Assembly (NCBI GenBank): GCA_038087875.1
Contig: JAXLNO010000033.1
Coordinates: 310,001-374,000 of the forward strand
Direction: 5' to 3'
Source of the DNA: Malacoraja senta
Lineage: Eukaryota
DNA length: 64,000 bases
The notes beneath the pieces were generated by a model. The model did no database searches. It saw only the letters and a program-made list of their open reading frames with translations, and was not told where the DNA came from. Below, one piece after another: positions 12,918-24,953 of the stretch (its first letter is position 1; each line of letters begins with the position of its first letter). The translations under genes and the position numbers were made by a program.

Positions 12918-15809
12918 TTACTTCGGAGTCACGTGAATGACTACGCCATGAAGACCCGTCAGGGCGCATGCGAGTCATTACGTCTGACGCATTGGCGCGA
13001 ACGGCTGCAGGAGGACGGAGCTCCTCCTGCAGGTGAGTAGTTACAGCACCACCAAAGTCGGGGAGACTTTGGAGGAGTTAGAAAAAAGTAAAAAATTGTG
13101 GCTGGATGTTTTCCCCCCAATACACGAACAAGTAAAAACCCATCACGCTGCAGGTCTGCTACCGACAAGGAGAGAGAGAGAGAGAGCTCTCTGAAAGGCA
13201 GCCTGTCACCTCGGGCGAGTCGCAAGCCGGTAGCGGTGCGGCGACAGACTTCGGAAAGTGCCCAGCCGGGTACACAGCCAACGCCAGTCGGGCGGTAGGC
13301 ATAAGCTAAGTCTGTCAGGGCCATTGACTCCGCAGAGTCGGGCCACGAGAGTCCCGTCGGGGACAGGATACCGTTCCCCAGCGGTTATCCAAAAGGGGCA
13401 GCTCATACAGGGGCTGCTCCACAGAGACGCTCCAGGAGGAGTTGTGCAGGCGGGAAGCCATAGGGAAGGCTCCGCTGGCAGTGCCTAGGAGAGGTTCTGC
13501 TTCACAAAGCCACACTCCAGGAGGAGTTGTGCAGGCGGGAGGCGGTCGGTGAAGGCCCCGCCGGCAGTGCCTAGTAGAGGCCTGCTTGAAAGCACCCTCT
13601 TTGCAAGAGGTGAGTGCAGAAGGGCAGATACGCTCTGACCCTGAGTCCGACGACGACTTCCAAAGGGAGGGCAGGCAGCTGCCAGAGCTGACACCGTGTG
13701 CAGCACGGTTTGCCATGTCGTCGGGCGCTGGTGAGCCTCTGGGTGAGGAACTTGCCACCAGCATAAAATATGCTTCACTCTGCCAGCCTGGCACAGTGCA
13801 ACCGGCACAGCTGTTTGGCGAGGATTTCGCAAAGCAGGTGAAGGAGCTGGAGGAGGAGGCCAAGACGGTGGGCTTGATTAAGCAGCCAGCTGCCACATAT
13901 CCGCCAAAGAGTATCCCTATAAGCGAGGAGACTGGTCCGGGCAAGGGACGAGACCAGCTACGATGCAGCGCAGTTGGCGTTCGGCTGTAGCAGCGCCAGG
14001 GAAGGTGAGATATCCAGCTCGAGGCCGGGGAAGAATGCCAGGTGGTAAGGAGGTAAGTGGGTCTGGTTCTCATATAGACAGATCTAATGTGATACCTCAG
14101 ATATGTTTATACTGAAGGTTATTGAAGGGTATCGAATAACGCTTAATGCAAATTCTGATTTACCCATGCAAACATGTTCCAAAAAGGAGTTTGACTTCAG
14201 TATCACTGAACAATTGGAAGTTCAGGTGGAACTTGCAAGCTTATGTAATAAGGGTGTAATTGCTAAGGCAGTTTACCAAAGCCATCAGTTTGTGCCCAAT
14301 ACCTTTCCCAGACCAAAAAAGGATGGGGGATGCAGAGTTATACTGGACCTGAATAGTCTTAAACCTTTTTGTACGGTATAGACATTTAAAGATGGAAACG
14401 TTCGAGGAGATCTTAAAGATCCGGATTCAGTGTCTGTTCATTTGCAGGATAGAAGATTTAAAATTCAGCTGGATGGGGCAATTATGGCAATACAATGCAC
14501 TGCCTAATGGTTTGTCTTCAGCTCCTAGAGTAATTACAAAGTTGTTAAAACCTATTCTAGGCATGATGAGAAGTCAAGGGCATGTGCTCATGGCTTAACT
14601 AGATAATATCTTGATTGTAGGACAATCAAAGGAAAAAGCTGAAGCATCAGTGGCAGTTGGTAAAAACCACTTTAAAAAAATTGGCCTTCATAAGCTATCC
14701 AGAGGAATCGTAATTAATACCTGTGACACAAATTGACTAGTTGGGTTCACAATAGACTTAATCAACATGATTGTGACCTTGGCCAGGCAAAAAAGGGTAG
14801 AGCTAATTAAGAGCTGTATCAAGTTAATTGCTGACACACAGCTTTCAATTAGCCAGGTGACGAGTCTGCTGGGGAAATTGCTGGCACCATTTCCAACAGT
14901 GGCCACTTTATTATCTACAATTACAAAGGTCAAAGGAACAAGCACTGATGATACATTGGGGTCATTATAATAGACCTATGCTTCTATCAATAGAGGCTGT
15001 TGCTGATGTACAATGGTGGATTCAGCATGTGTCCACTAGTAGTTCCAAAGTGTTATTGGACCAAGCTTCCATGATTTTGCAGACAGATGTCAGAGCACTT
15101 GGGTAGGGTGCTACTGATACAAGATCCAGCTGTGGAGACAGATGGACATTGCTTCTGAAAACATGGGGAATTAACCAAGAGTATTTTATGGACTCAAGGC
15201 TTATGGCACTAACTAAACTAGTTTGCATTTGCAGTGCAAAATAGACAACACTACAGCAGTTGCTGATATGAATCACATGGGTGGAATCGAATCGTTATCA
15301 TGTGACAGGTTGGCAAATAAAATTGGACCTGGAGTAGGGATAGAGAGATTTGGATTGGAGCTATCTATCTGCCAGGGAAACTTAATGTAGTACCAGATGG
15401 CAGCTCACGAACATTCCATGATAATACCGAGTGGATGCGGAACCAGGATGTGTTCAAGAACATAGTACTTCTATATGGAAGGCCAAAATATGTTTCATAG
15501 GCACCAGATCCAGGGGCAGTGGCAATTGATGCGTTTTCACTAAATTGGGATGATATGTTTGTGTACATTTTCCCACCATTCTGCCTCATAGGTCGGTGTT
15601 TGAGAAAATCAAGCAGGATGCCGCTTCAGGGGTTTTGGTGATACCAAATTACCCGATTCAACCATGGTTCCCTTTGATGTTACAGATAGCGATCCAACCT
15701 CTTTTTGCTGATTCCAAACAGTAGGAGTTTGCTGGAGCATCCAGTAACGCGTTAAGTTCATCCGTTATGTGATCGTATGGATCTGTTAATTTGCAGGTTT
15801 TTAAGAATG

Positions 15810-16767
15810 CCTTACATTGGTCGAGGACTTTCTAGGCCAACGGTGGATATACTCATTGCAGCCTGGAGAAAGAGTACTCAAAAGCAGTATATGACTTACG
15901 TAAAAAAAGGGAACAATATTGTGTTCAAAAGAATATTCAATATGATACTGTAGTTATTGAAAATGTGTTAGAGTTTTATCTACACTTTATTATGATGAGG
16001 GTCTTAGCTATAGTGCTATCAAGACAGCTAGAAGTGCTTTGCCGGCATATCTTGTAATAGGTACACGGACACAAAGTATAGGATCTCACCCTCTCATATC
16101 TAGGTTGATGAAAGGAATCTTTAATTCCAAAACGCCTAAGCCTAGGTATATGGTAATCTGCTATGTAAGCGTTGTTCTTAACATGCTTCGTCATTGGGTC
16201 CCTGTCACGTCTATAACTTTGCTGAATTGGCTATGCTAATGGCATTGGTGTCAGTACAGAGAGTGCAGACGTTGCAAAATCTTCAGTTCGAGAGAATGGA
16301 AGTGACTACAGAGAATGTTCTGTTTTATATTTATGACGTGCTCAAACATAGCAGGCCAGGTGTGACAGGATTTAAGATTGTGTTCTCAGCATATCCTACA
16401 GCTCCATGTTTATGTGTAAGGACACATTTCTTACATTACATTGAAGCTACAAGGGCTTTAAGACAAGAAGAAACAGGATTATTTGTCAGTTACAAGAAGC
16501 CAACATAAAAGAGTGGCAGTTCAGACTATCTCAACGTGGTTAAAGCAAGAGTTGGTTCAGGCAGGAATTAACATTTATGTGTTTACATTTCATTCCACTA
16601 GCGCAGTAGCGACATCCGCGGTCAGGGTGATGGACGTTCCCATCGACCATATATTAAAAGCCGCAGGTTGGAAAAATGAACTTGTGTTTCAGCAATACTA
16701 CCATCGGTCGATTGCCGATGGAGGGCTTTTTGCCAACTCAATATTGAGTGCTGTTGCTATTGTTTAA
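15810..16767 (+). pseudogene. DIRS tyrosine recombinase remnant
   Basis: Fragments HPLISRLMKGIFN, ALVSVQRVQTL, LKHSRPG, FHSTSA and ILKAAGW...FQQYY, spread over frameshifts and stops. Confidence 0.82.
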
Positions 16768-16980
16768 AGTCTGTTTTCAATACTGTTTAATTCTGTTTCG
16801 TTTGTTGCCCCTGCATTAAGAGGGTTTATTGGTTGTTTTATGACCAAAAATAATACTGTTTTGTTTTTGCATGATATGCAATGTCATGTTTACAGCATTA
16901 TGGATGATACTCAGAGTCAATCGATGCAGTGAGAAGCCGGGATTTTGATCTGCGGCATAAAAATCACAGAGCTTTAAAAT

Positions 16981-17091
16981 CTTCACGGAGTCACTCACGT
17001 GACTCCGATGTAAAATAGTAAGATTAAACGAGAACTTACCAGTTTGAAGTTTGATCTTTATTTTATGAGGAGTTACGTTGGTGATTACGTG
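16981..17091. repeat. DIRS internal complementary region (ICR)
   Basis: 16981-17013 is an imperfect reverse complement of the left end. 17014-17091 is a 78/78 reverse complement of 17245-17322. Confidence 0.9.
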
Positions 17092-17322
17092 CCCGCCACG
17101 CCCAACCCTCTCTCATAGAAAAAAAGGTCATAATGGTAGTTCTCATGTTGATCATCTTAATATGCTACTTCAATTATGGTGTTGTCTGTGATTTCATACC
17201 GCTGCTTTGAAGATTGACGCGCATTCGCCCTGACGGGTCTTCTTCACGTAATCACCAACGTAACTCCTCATAAAATAAAGATCAAACTTCAAACTGGTAA
17301 GTTCTCGTTTAATCTTACTATT

Positions 17323-18395
17323 AAAACGGTGTAGTGGACTGCGATGGTGGAGGGTGGGGTTTTGCCTGGCTGTGCAAACAGTCCCACGCCTTCTGTTCAG
17401 CCTGGTCAGGACATGGAGGCAGTCATTAGGTTGAAGGAGTTAAAGCTGGCAATGAGAGAGGAGGAGACCAAAAGAGCAGAGGAGGAGAGCAAAAGAGCAG
17501 AGGAGGAGACCAAAAGAGCAGCGATTCAGCTGCGTGGGGCTGAGGAGGAAACCAAGAGGGCTGAGGAGGAAACCAGGAGGGCAGTGATTAGGCTGCGGGA
17601 GAAGGAATTGGATGCCTCCCGGGTTCCTTCTAGGGAACGGGAGTTTGAAATGAGCAAGAACATCCGCCTGGTTCCCCGCTTTAGTGAGAAGGATGTAGAC
17701 AAGTTTTTCACAGTGTTTGAACGTGTGGCTTTGTCCTTGAAGTGGCCTAGGGACGTGTGGACCTTGCTATTGCAGTGTGTCCTTGTGGGTAAAGCACGGG
17801 AGGTGTACTCGTCTTTGTCTGTTGAAAGCAGTCTGGACTATGAGTGTGTGAAGTCTACAGTATTAAGGGCTTATGATTTAGTTCCAGAGGCGTACCGGCA
17901 GAAATTCCGGCGCTTTAGGAAGTTTGATAGTCAGACTTATGTGGAGTTTGCTAGGGAGAAGGAGGCACTTTTTGACAGGTGGTGCGCTTCTCAAGGAGTG
18001 AAGGATGATGGGCAACTGCGGGCCTTGATAATTATGGAAGACTTTAAGAACTGTCTCCCTGAGAGGGTTATTAGTTACCTTAATGAGCAGAAGGTGAATG
18101 AGGTGTCTAAGGCCGCGGTGTTGGGAGATGAGTATGTATTGACTCATAAAACTGATTTTGTTGGGCGCTCCTATAGTTTTGGTGCACGGCCGGTTGATCG
18201 TGGTGGTGTCGCCGGTGGCAGTGTCAAAGGTTTTTCTGTGCCTGCAAGTGGCAGCACGTTGATACAGGGGGAGGTCCGAGCTGATAAGGTTGACGGAAAT
18301 TTGAGGACTAACGAGGTCCTGTGTGCTACTATTGTAGAGGGAGAGGGCACATGTTAAAGGCGTGTCCCGTTCTGAAGCAGAAAAATGAAAGCCTG
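17323..18395 (+). pseudogene. gag: Gmr1 gag remainder (coiled coil, SCAN-related capsid region, CCHC knuckle)
   Basis: EEETKRA repeats; LVPRFSEKDVDKFF..FER; LVPEAYRQKFR; CYYCRGRGHMLKAC at 18324-18365 in a shifted frame; TAG at 17332. Confidence 0.82.
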
Positions 18396-21300
18396 TGGCT
18401 TTGGTGGGTACACAGAAGGCACATGTGGTACCTGAGGTGCCTGAATCTGATGAGTGTAGGAATTATTCTGCGTTCATCATGAATGGTTTTGTTTCTCTGG
18501 AGGATGGGGGTGATAGAGTTCCAGTATCCATCTTGCGTGCTACTGGTGTTACTCAGTCCTTTATATTGGAGAGTGTACTGCCGTTTTCTGCGGAATCATC
18601 GGTTGGGTCAAGTGTCCCTGTGGTAGGATTCGGGATGGATGGCATGGTAGTGCCTTTGCATACCGTGAGTCTCGAGTCCGATTTGGTTTCAGGCCGGGTA
18701 ACTATTGGGTTACGGCCGTGTTTTCCCGTTGAGGGAGTTTCTGTAATTTTGGGGAATGACTTGGCAGGAGGTAGTGTTTTAGTTACTCCTGAGGTGACAG
18801 CTGTTCCGATGGTGCAGAGTCCTGATAGATTGGCTATGCAGCATCCGAGGGTCTTCGCAGCTTGTGCTGTCACGAGGGCTATGGCTAAGAGCCAGGCGAA
18901 GTTTGAGGATGTAGTGGACCTAAGTGAGAGCATTTTTGGGGATCAGGATGAAGGATCCTGTTGTGAAGGGTGTTTCTACATCTCAAGATGGGATAGTGTC
19001 TGGAAATGGGCCGGTGTCTCTGTCACGTGACCGGCTGGTTGAGGAGCAAAAGAGTGATCCAGGTTTATCTGATCTGTTCGACTGCGCGGTGCCTGAGGGG
19101 GATATGGATTCCACAGCAAAGGGGTATTTTCTAAGGGAGGGCTTACTGATGCGAAAGTGGTCTCCCTTGGATATATCTGGGCATGATGATTGGAGCGTGG
19201 GTGATCAGATTGTGATACCTCGTCGGTATAGGGACGAGATACTCTGTTTGGCTCATGATGGTCCTCTGGGTGGACATTTGGGGGTCAATAAGACGTATGA
19301 CCGGATCTTACGGAATTTGTTTTGGCCAGGGTTGAAAAAGGACGTGAAACAGCAGTGCAGGTGTTGTCACATTTACCAGGTGGCAGGAAAGCCGAACCAA
19401 TCGATTGTTCCTGCGCCTTTATATCCAATCCCTGTGATCGGTGAGCCGTTTGAGCGGATTTTAGTTGATTGTGTGGGTCCTCTACCTCGGACAAGGGTGG
19501 GCAACAAGTTTTTATTGACAATTATGTGTGCGTCTACCCGCTTTCCGGAGGTGGTCCCTTTGCGTAGAATTACTGCCCCTACCATTGTGAAGTCTCTCAC
19601 TAAGTTTTTTTCGTTGTTCGGTTTGCCCAAGGTTGTGCAGAGTGACCAAGGTTCCAACTTCATGTCGAAGTTTTTTGGTCAGGTAATGAAGTTGTTAGAT
19701 ATTAAGCATTGTTACTCCAGTGCGTATCACCCTGAGAGCCAGGGAGCTCTCGAGAGGTTTCACCAGACTTTGAAATCTATGTTGAGGACTTACTGCCTGG
19801 AGTTTGAAAAAGACTGGGATGAGGGTGTTCATCTGGTTATGTTTGCGGTGCGTGAGGTCGTGCAGGAGTCTTTCGGGTTCAGTCCTGCTGACCTGGTGTT
19901 CGCGCATACTATACGTGGTCCGTTGAGGGTCCTAAAAGAGAAATGGTTGCAGGAGGACACAAAACGTAGTATTTTAGACCACGTCTGTACCTTTCGGTCA
20001 AGACTAAAGAGGGCATGCGAACTGGCAATGGGTAATTTTGCTTCTGCTCAGTCTAGGATGAAGGGGTGGTTCGACAGGAAGACTTCTAGTAAGAATTTTT
20101 CTCCAGGTGACAAGGTCCTGGTGTTGTTGCCTATTCCTGGTTCCAGTCTGCAGGCTCGGTATAGCGGTCCCTATCAGGTGATCAAGAAGGTTGGTGAAAG
20201 GGATTATGTTATTGGTACCCCTGATCGAAGGCGTAAGACTCAGCTCTGTCATGTCAACATGATGAAGCAGTACCATGAGCAGGAGCCTGTGGAGGTTGAT
20301 GGGGAGGTGCTGTGTCCTTCGGTTTCGTCTAAGCCTGTTTTGGCTGCAGCAGTGCTCCCCCCTGACATGGGTGGTGATGTGGGTGAGGCACGGTTGTCTG
20401 TGGCAGTGACGCAGGGAAGGCTGTGTAACTCTGAGGCTTTGGAGTCGCTTCCCTTGCGGATGTCTCATTTGACTGAAAGTCAGCAGGGTGATCTGCTTGC
20501 TTTGGTGGAGTCAAATGGGTCACTGTTCTCGGATGTGCCTTCTCAGACGTCTGTGCTGCAGCATGACATTGACGTGGCCGGTGCTGCGCCAATTAAACAG
20601 CATCCGTATCGGGTCAACCCTGACAAGCGTCATCGTCTAGGGAGTAAGGTTGACTATATGCTGCGGCATGGCATTGCTGAACCTAGTTGTAGTCCGTGGA
20701 GTTCTCCGTGTCTACTGGCTACGAAGGCTAATGGGGAGGACAGGTTTTGCACGGACTTTCGGAAAGTGAATGGTGTAACTAAGCCGGATTGCTATCCTCT
20801 CCCACGAATGGAGGATTGCGTGGATCGTGTGGGAAGTGCATCTTTTGTGTCTAAGTTGGACTTGTTAAAAGGGTATTGGCAAGTTCCTTTGACTAGGCGG
20901 GCGAGGGAGATCTCTGCGTTCGTTACGCATGATAACTTTCTTCAGTACACAGTAATGGCATTTGGGATGCGCAATGCGCCGGCAACCTTCCAACGGTTGG
21001 TGAACATTGTATTGTCTGGTTTGTCCTTCTGTGAGGCATACCTTGATGATTTGGTTGGGTGCTCCAGGTCGTGGATCGAACACATCGGTCATCTGAAGGA
21101 GGTATTTCATCGTCTAGCGGAGGCAAAACTAACGATCAATCTGGGGAAGTGTGAGTTAGGCCAAGCCACGGTAACGTATCTGGGTAAGGTGGTGGGCCGG
21201 GGTCAGGTTCGCACTCTCAAGGAAAAGGTGGGGCATATTGTCGCATTTCCTGCTCCAACCTCGAGGACTGAACTCCGTAGGTATCTGGCTATGGTTGGGT

Positions 21301-21835
21301 ACTATAGAGGATTCTGTCCAAACTTCTCTGCGGTGGCTGCCCCTTTGACGGATTTGCTGAGTCCGAAGGTAGCTTTTGTGTGGTCCGCAGAGTGTCAACA
21401 AGCCTTTGATCATACTAAAAGTCTTCTGGTGCGCGCACCTGTGCTTGTGGCACCTGATTTTGAGCGTCCATTTAAACTGGCAGGGGATGCTAGTGATCGT
21501 GGGGTTGGGGGAGTTCTTCTACAGGATGATTCAGATGGGGTGGAGCATCCAGTTTCGTACTTCTCTAAGAAGTTTAATCGTCATCAGAAGCCACCATTGA
21601 GAAAGAAGCCCTTGCTATTTTAACGTCTCTGAATCATTTCGAGGTTTATGTTGGCTCCTCGAATGTCCCTGTCATCATACTCACGGATCATAATCCGTTG
21701 GTATTTTTTAAAAGTATGAAGAATAAGAACCGGCGGTTAATGAGCTGGAGTTTGCAGCTGCAAGACTACAACCTGGAGGTCAGGCATATCCGTGGCAAGG
21801 ATAATGTCTTGGCTGACGCCTTGTCGCGCCAGTAG
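18395..21835 (+). pseudogene. pol: Gmr1 pol (PR-IN-RT-RNase H) with frameshifts
   Basis: Protease site LRATG (catalytic D replaced by A) and ILGND; 899-aa open IN-RT-RH stretch 18924-21623; frameshift near 21590; ends ADALSRQ* at 21835. Confidence 0.9.
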
Positions 21836-21911
21836 AGTTTTAGCTCCTGAATAGTTTCTGGGATTTGGTGGTATTTTTTCTCTCTTCTTCCGAAACTTAT
21901 TCAGTATCTTT

Positions 21912-21920
21912 GGGTGGGGG
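21912..21920 (+). promoter_or_regulatory. Polypurine tract
   Basis: GGGTGGGGG immediately before the 3' LTR. Confidence 0.7.
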
Positions 21921-22467
21921 TTTTAGGCGCTTCCCCCCCCCCCCCTGGTGAATGCTATGTACTTACCTTTCTCTGTTTCTTTCCCGAGGGCAGGCCTTGT
22001 GGTTGTGAGTCTGGAATCAAGAGGTTAAAAGGCTCCTGTACCCGATTGGCCAAGCTGCGTCAGGTGACGGGTGACTCATCTGAAGCTTAAATACCAGAGT
22101 CTCCCAGGATTCTCTCTCTTCTTCGTCGACCCTGACTTGTGAGCTGACTGCTGGAGTGAGCTGCGGAAGGCCTGGCCACCTGGCATAGAACTTTGTGTAC
22201 TTTCACCATTACTTATTAACAAATGTTGAGAGTCTCCGGTATTGAGAGAAATACCGGTTTTTAGAGTCTCCGGTTCGACGGTCCATCACGTGGCTGGCTG
22301 GAGCACTGTTAAATTGTTTGTTAGTCCATCCATATCCCTGACTGGGTTGTTTGAATCAGGTTTGGGTTTTGTATTCCATTAAATAATTAAAACTATTTCT
22401 GAACTTGAACCTGGTTTTTGAATTATGTTACGCGGCTCTGAAGTACCTGCATTCGGGAGTCGTAACA
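21921..22467 (+). repeat. 3' LTR (547 bp; starts TTTTA instead of TGTTA, ends TAACA)
   Basis: Direct repeat of the 5' LTR with scattered substitutions and one replaced internal block. Confidence 0.92.
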
Positions 22468-22559
22468 CCAGAATGAACTAATATAATGGGCAAACTCATT
22501 TAGCATACCAGTTTTGAAAAAGTTATCGATTTCTAATTTGGCTCCGCTGCAGCTGGTAG

Positions 22560-23045
22560 AGTCATAGTCGTAGAGCATGGAAACAGGCCCTTCAGCCCAA
22601 CTTGCCCTTGCCAACCAAGATGCCCCGTCTACACCCGTCACACCTGCCCAGGTTTGGCGCATAACCCTTTCCTACCCACGTTGTTATCCAAAGATCTGTT
22701 ATGGTACCTTACCCACCACCTCTTCTGGTAGTTCTTTCCATATACCTGCCATCCCCTGTGTGAAAACGTTGCTCCTCAATTTCTATTAAAGCTTTCTCAC
22801 TTTGGAACCATTTGTTCTTGATTTCCTTACTCTGTTTAAAAGACTATGCATTTGCCTCATTTATTCCCCTCATAATCTTATAAACCGCTGTTAGATCACC
22901 CCTCTGTGTCCTGCGCTCGAAGGAATAAAGTCCTAACCTGCCCCGCCTCTCCCTATAACTCAGGCCCCAAAGTCCTAGCAACATCCTCATAAATCTTCTC
23001 AGTACTCATTCCAGCTTAATGACACCCTTCCTACAGCAGGGTAAC
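22560..23045 (-). mobile_element. CR1 3' fragment
   Basis: Reverse-complement CR1 3'UTR (atggaaacaggcccttc) and ORF2 end. Confidence 0.65.
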
Positions 23046-23957
23046 GGGGTGGAGCTGCTGTCTCACTGCACCAGAGACCCGGTTTCTATCATGATACCTG
23101 CTGCCATCTGTGTGGAGTTTGCACATTCTCCCTGTGACTGAGTGGGGTTCCTCCGGGTGCTCCGGTTTCTTCGAACATCCCAAAGACATGTGGGGTTGCC
23201 CCCAGTGGGGAGTGGATGAGAAAGTGGGATAACATAGAACCAACGTGAGTGAGTTTAGTTTAGCTTCGTGGAGTTTAGTATGTTGTCTGAGATACAGTGA
23301 ATGAAAACCTTTTTGATGCATGATAAAATCTGATTAAAGATAGTCCGAGGATTGGAGGAATGAGTGATCAGTGGTCAGCGTGGACTGGGTAGGCAAAGGG
23401 CCTGTTTGCATGCTGGATCTGTCAATCAATTAAAAATGTTAAGTGTAAGAATTCATTACAGATGCTGGTTTACACTGAAGATAGACACAAAATGCTAGAG
23501 TAACTCAGCGGGTCAGGCAGCATCTCGGGAAAAGGAATAGGTGACATTTTGGCTCGAGACACTTCCTCAGATTGGTGTCAAAAACATTTCTTATTATTGG
23601 GCTGCATATTTGACCGACAGCTCAAAGGAAATACTTGGACTATAAGGAAAGTCAATGTTGGGAAACAGAGGACTCACTGAGCTACCATGTAACTTGCATT
23701 ATGCCCCTCCCCAGTAAATGTAGCCCCAGGCTGAGGAGCAGCAAGGAACATTTATTTCACAATGCACTATCCTTTTGAAGATGAGATTTCCCCTTTATCA
23801 TCCAGTTTCCTGCTGTTTGGCCCAAGCATCAGACTCCGTCTGAAGAAGGGTCTCGACCCAAAACGTCATCCATTCCTTCTCCAGAGATGCTGTCTGAGTT
23901 TGCAGCTTTTTGTGTCTATCTTCGGTTTAAACCAGCATCTCCCCTTTCAACACAGTT

Positions 23958-24265
23958 GCGATGGCGCAGCGGTAGAGTTGCTGTCCTATAGCGAATGCAG
24001 CGACAGAGCCCCGGGTTCGATCCCGATTACGGATGGTGTTTGTACGGAGTTTGTCCGTTCTCCCCGTGTCCTGCGTAGGTTTTCTCCGAGATATCCGAGA
24101 TCTTCGGTCTCCTCCCACTCTTCCAAAGACGTACAAGTATGTAGGTTAATTTGCTTGGTAAATGTAAAAAATGTCCCTAGTGGGTGTTGGATAGTGTTAT
24201 TGTGCGGGGGCGGCGCGGACACATTGGGCCGAAGGGCCTGTTGCCGTGCTGTATCTCTAAACTAG
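23958..24265 (+). mobile_element. V-SINE/HE1-like SINE
   Basis: A and B boxes, core, tail gtatctctaaacta. Confidence 0.75.
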
Positions 24266-24309
24266 ATTGCCCACATGTTTCATATGCCATAATCAAGGGT
24301 ATTAGCTCT

Positions 24310-24953
24310 AATGACAAACTTGGATTGTTTTCTCTGGAACGTCGGAGGCTGTGTTTTTAAAATTAAGACAGACATAGATTTGGTGGAGAGTGAGAATATT
24401 TTTTTCCCCAGCAAGTAAATGACAAAGACTAGAGGGCATAGCTTTAAGGTGAGAGGGACAGGTTTTAAAGGAGATGAGCAGATCTTTTTTTTTTAACATA
24501 AGTGGGTGCCTGGAATGCACTGCTGTGGTGGTGAGGCAGTGTGATAGAGGCACTTAGGAGGCTTTTATATCAGCAAATGGATATGCGGGAAATTATTAAG
24601 GGGTTGGACATGCTAGAGGCAGGAAACATGTTCCCGATGTTGGGGGAGTCCAAAGCCAGGGGCCAAAGTTTAAGAATAAGCGGTAAACCATTTAGGACGG
24701 AGATCAGGAAACACTTTCACAGAAAGAGCTGTGAGTCTGTGGAAATCACTGCCTCAGAGGGCGGTGGAGGCCGGTTTTCTGGATACTTTCAAGAGAGAGC
24801 CAGATAGGGCTCTTGAAGATACCGGAGTCAGGGGATATGGGGAGAAGGCAGAAACGGGGTACTGATTGTGGTTGATCAGCCATGATCACATTGAATGGCG
24901 GTGCTAGCTTGAAAGGCCGAATGGCCTACTCCTGCACCTATTGTCTATTGTCT
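24310..24953 (+). mobile_element. CR1 3' fragments (a younger one inserted in an older one)
   Basis: LEAGNMFPMLGES and tail ctattgtctattgtct. Confidence 0.7.

Larger units (their letters stand above)
12918..17322 (+). mobile_element. DIRS1-like tyrosine-recombinase retrotransposon, structurally complete with decayed ORFs
   Basis: RT (RVILDL, LPNGLSSAPR, YLDD mutated to *LDN near 14597), RNase H (DNTTAVA..NHMGG), MT-like (DAFSLNW..YIFPPF) and YR (RVQTL, HSTS, FQQYY). Short ITR 12950-12977/17215-17242, ICR 16981-17091, ATT at both junctions. Confidence 0.9.
12051..22467 (+). mobile_element. Gmr1-like Ty3/Gypsy LTR retrotransposon (gag-PR-IN-RT-RH), defective, containing a nested DIRS element
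   Basis: Two similar LTRs, PBS, PPT. Pol order is integrase (H..H..C, DCVGPLP, SDQGSNF, HPESQGALER, GPY), then RT (LDLLKGYWQ, YLDD), then RNase H (DASD, NVLADALSR). Confidence 0.93.

Noticed and set aside
13315..14073. 252-aa minus-strand ORF
   Set aside because: Antisense to the GC-rich DIRS gag-like region, with no recognisable domain.
18924..21623. Domesticated or active 899-aa pol gene
   Set aside because: It lies inside an LTR-bounded element with frameshifts on both sides and mutated protease and zinc-finger residues.
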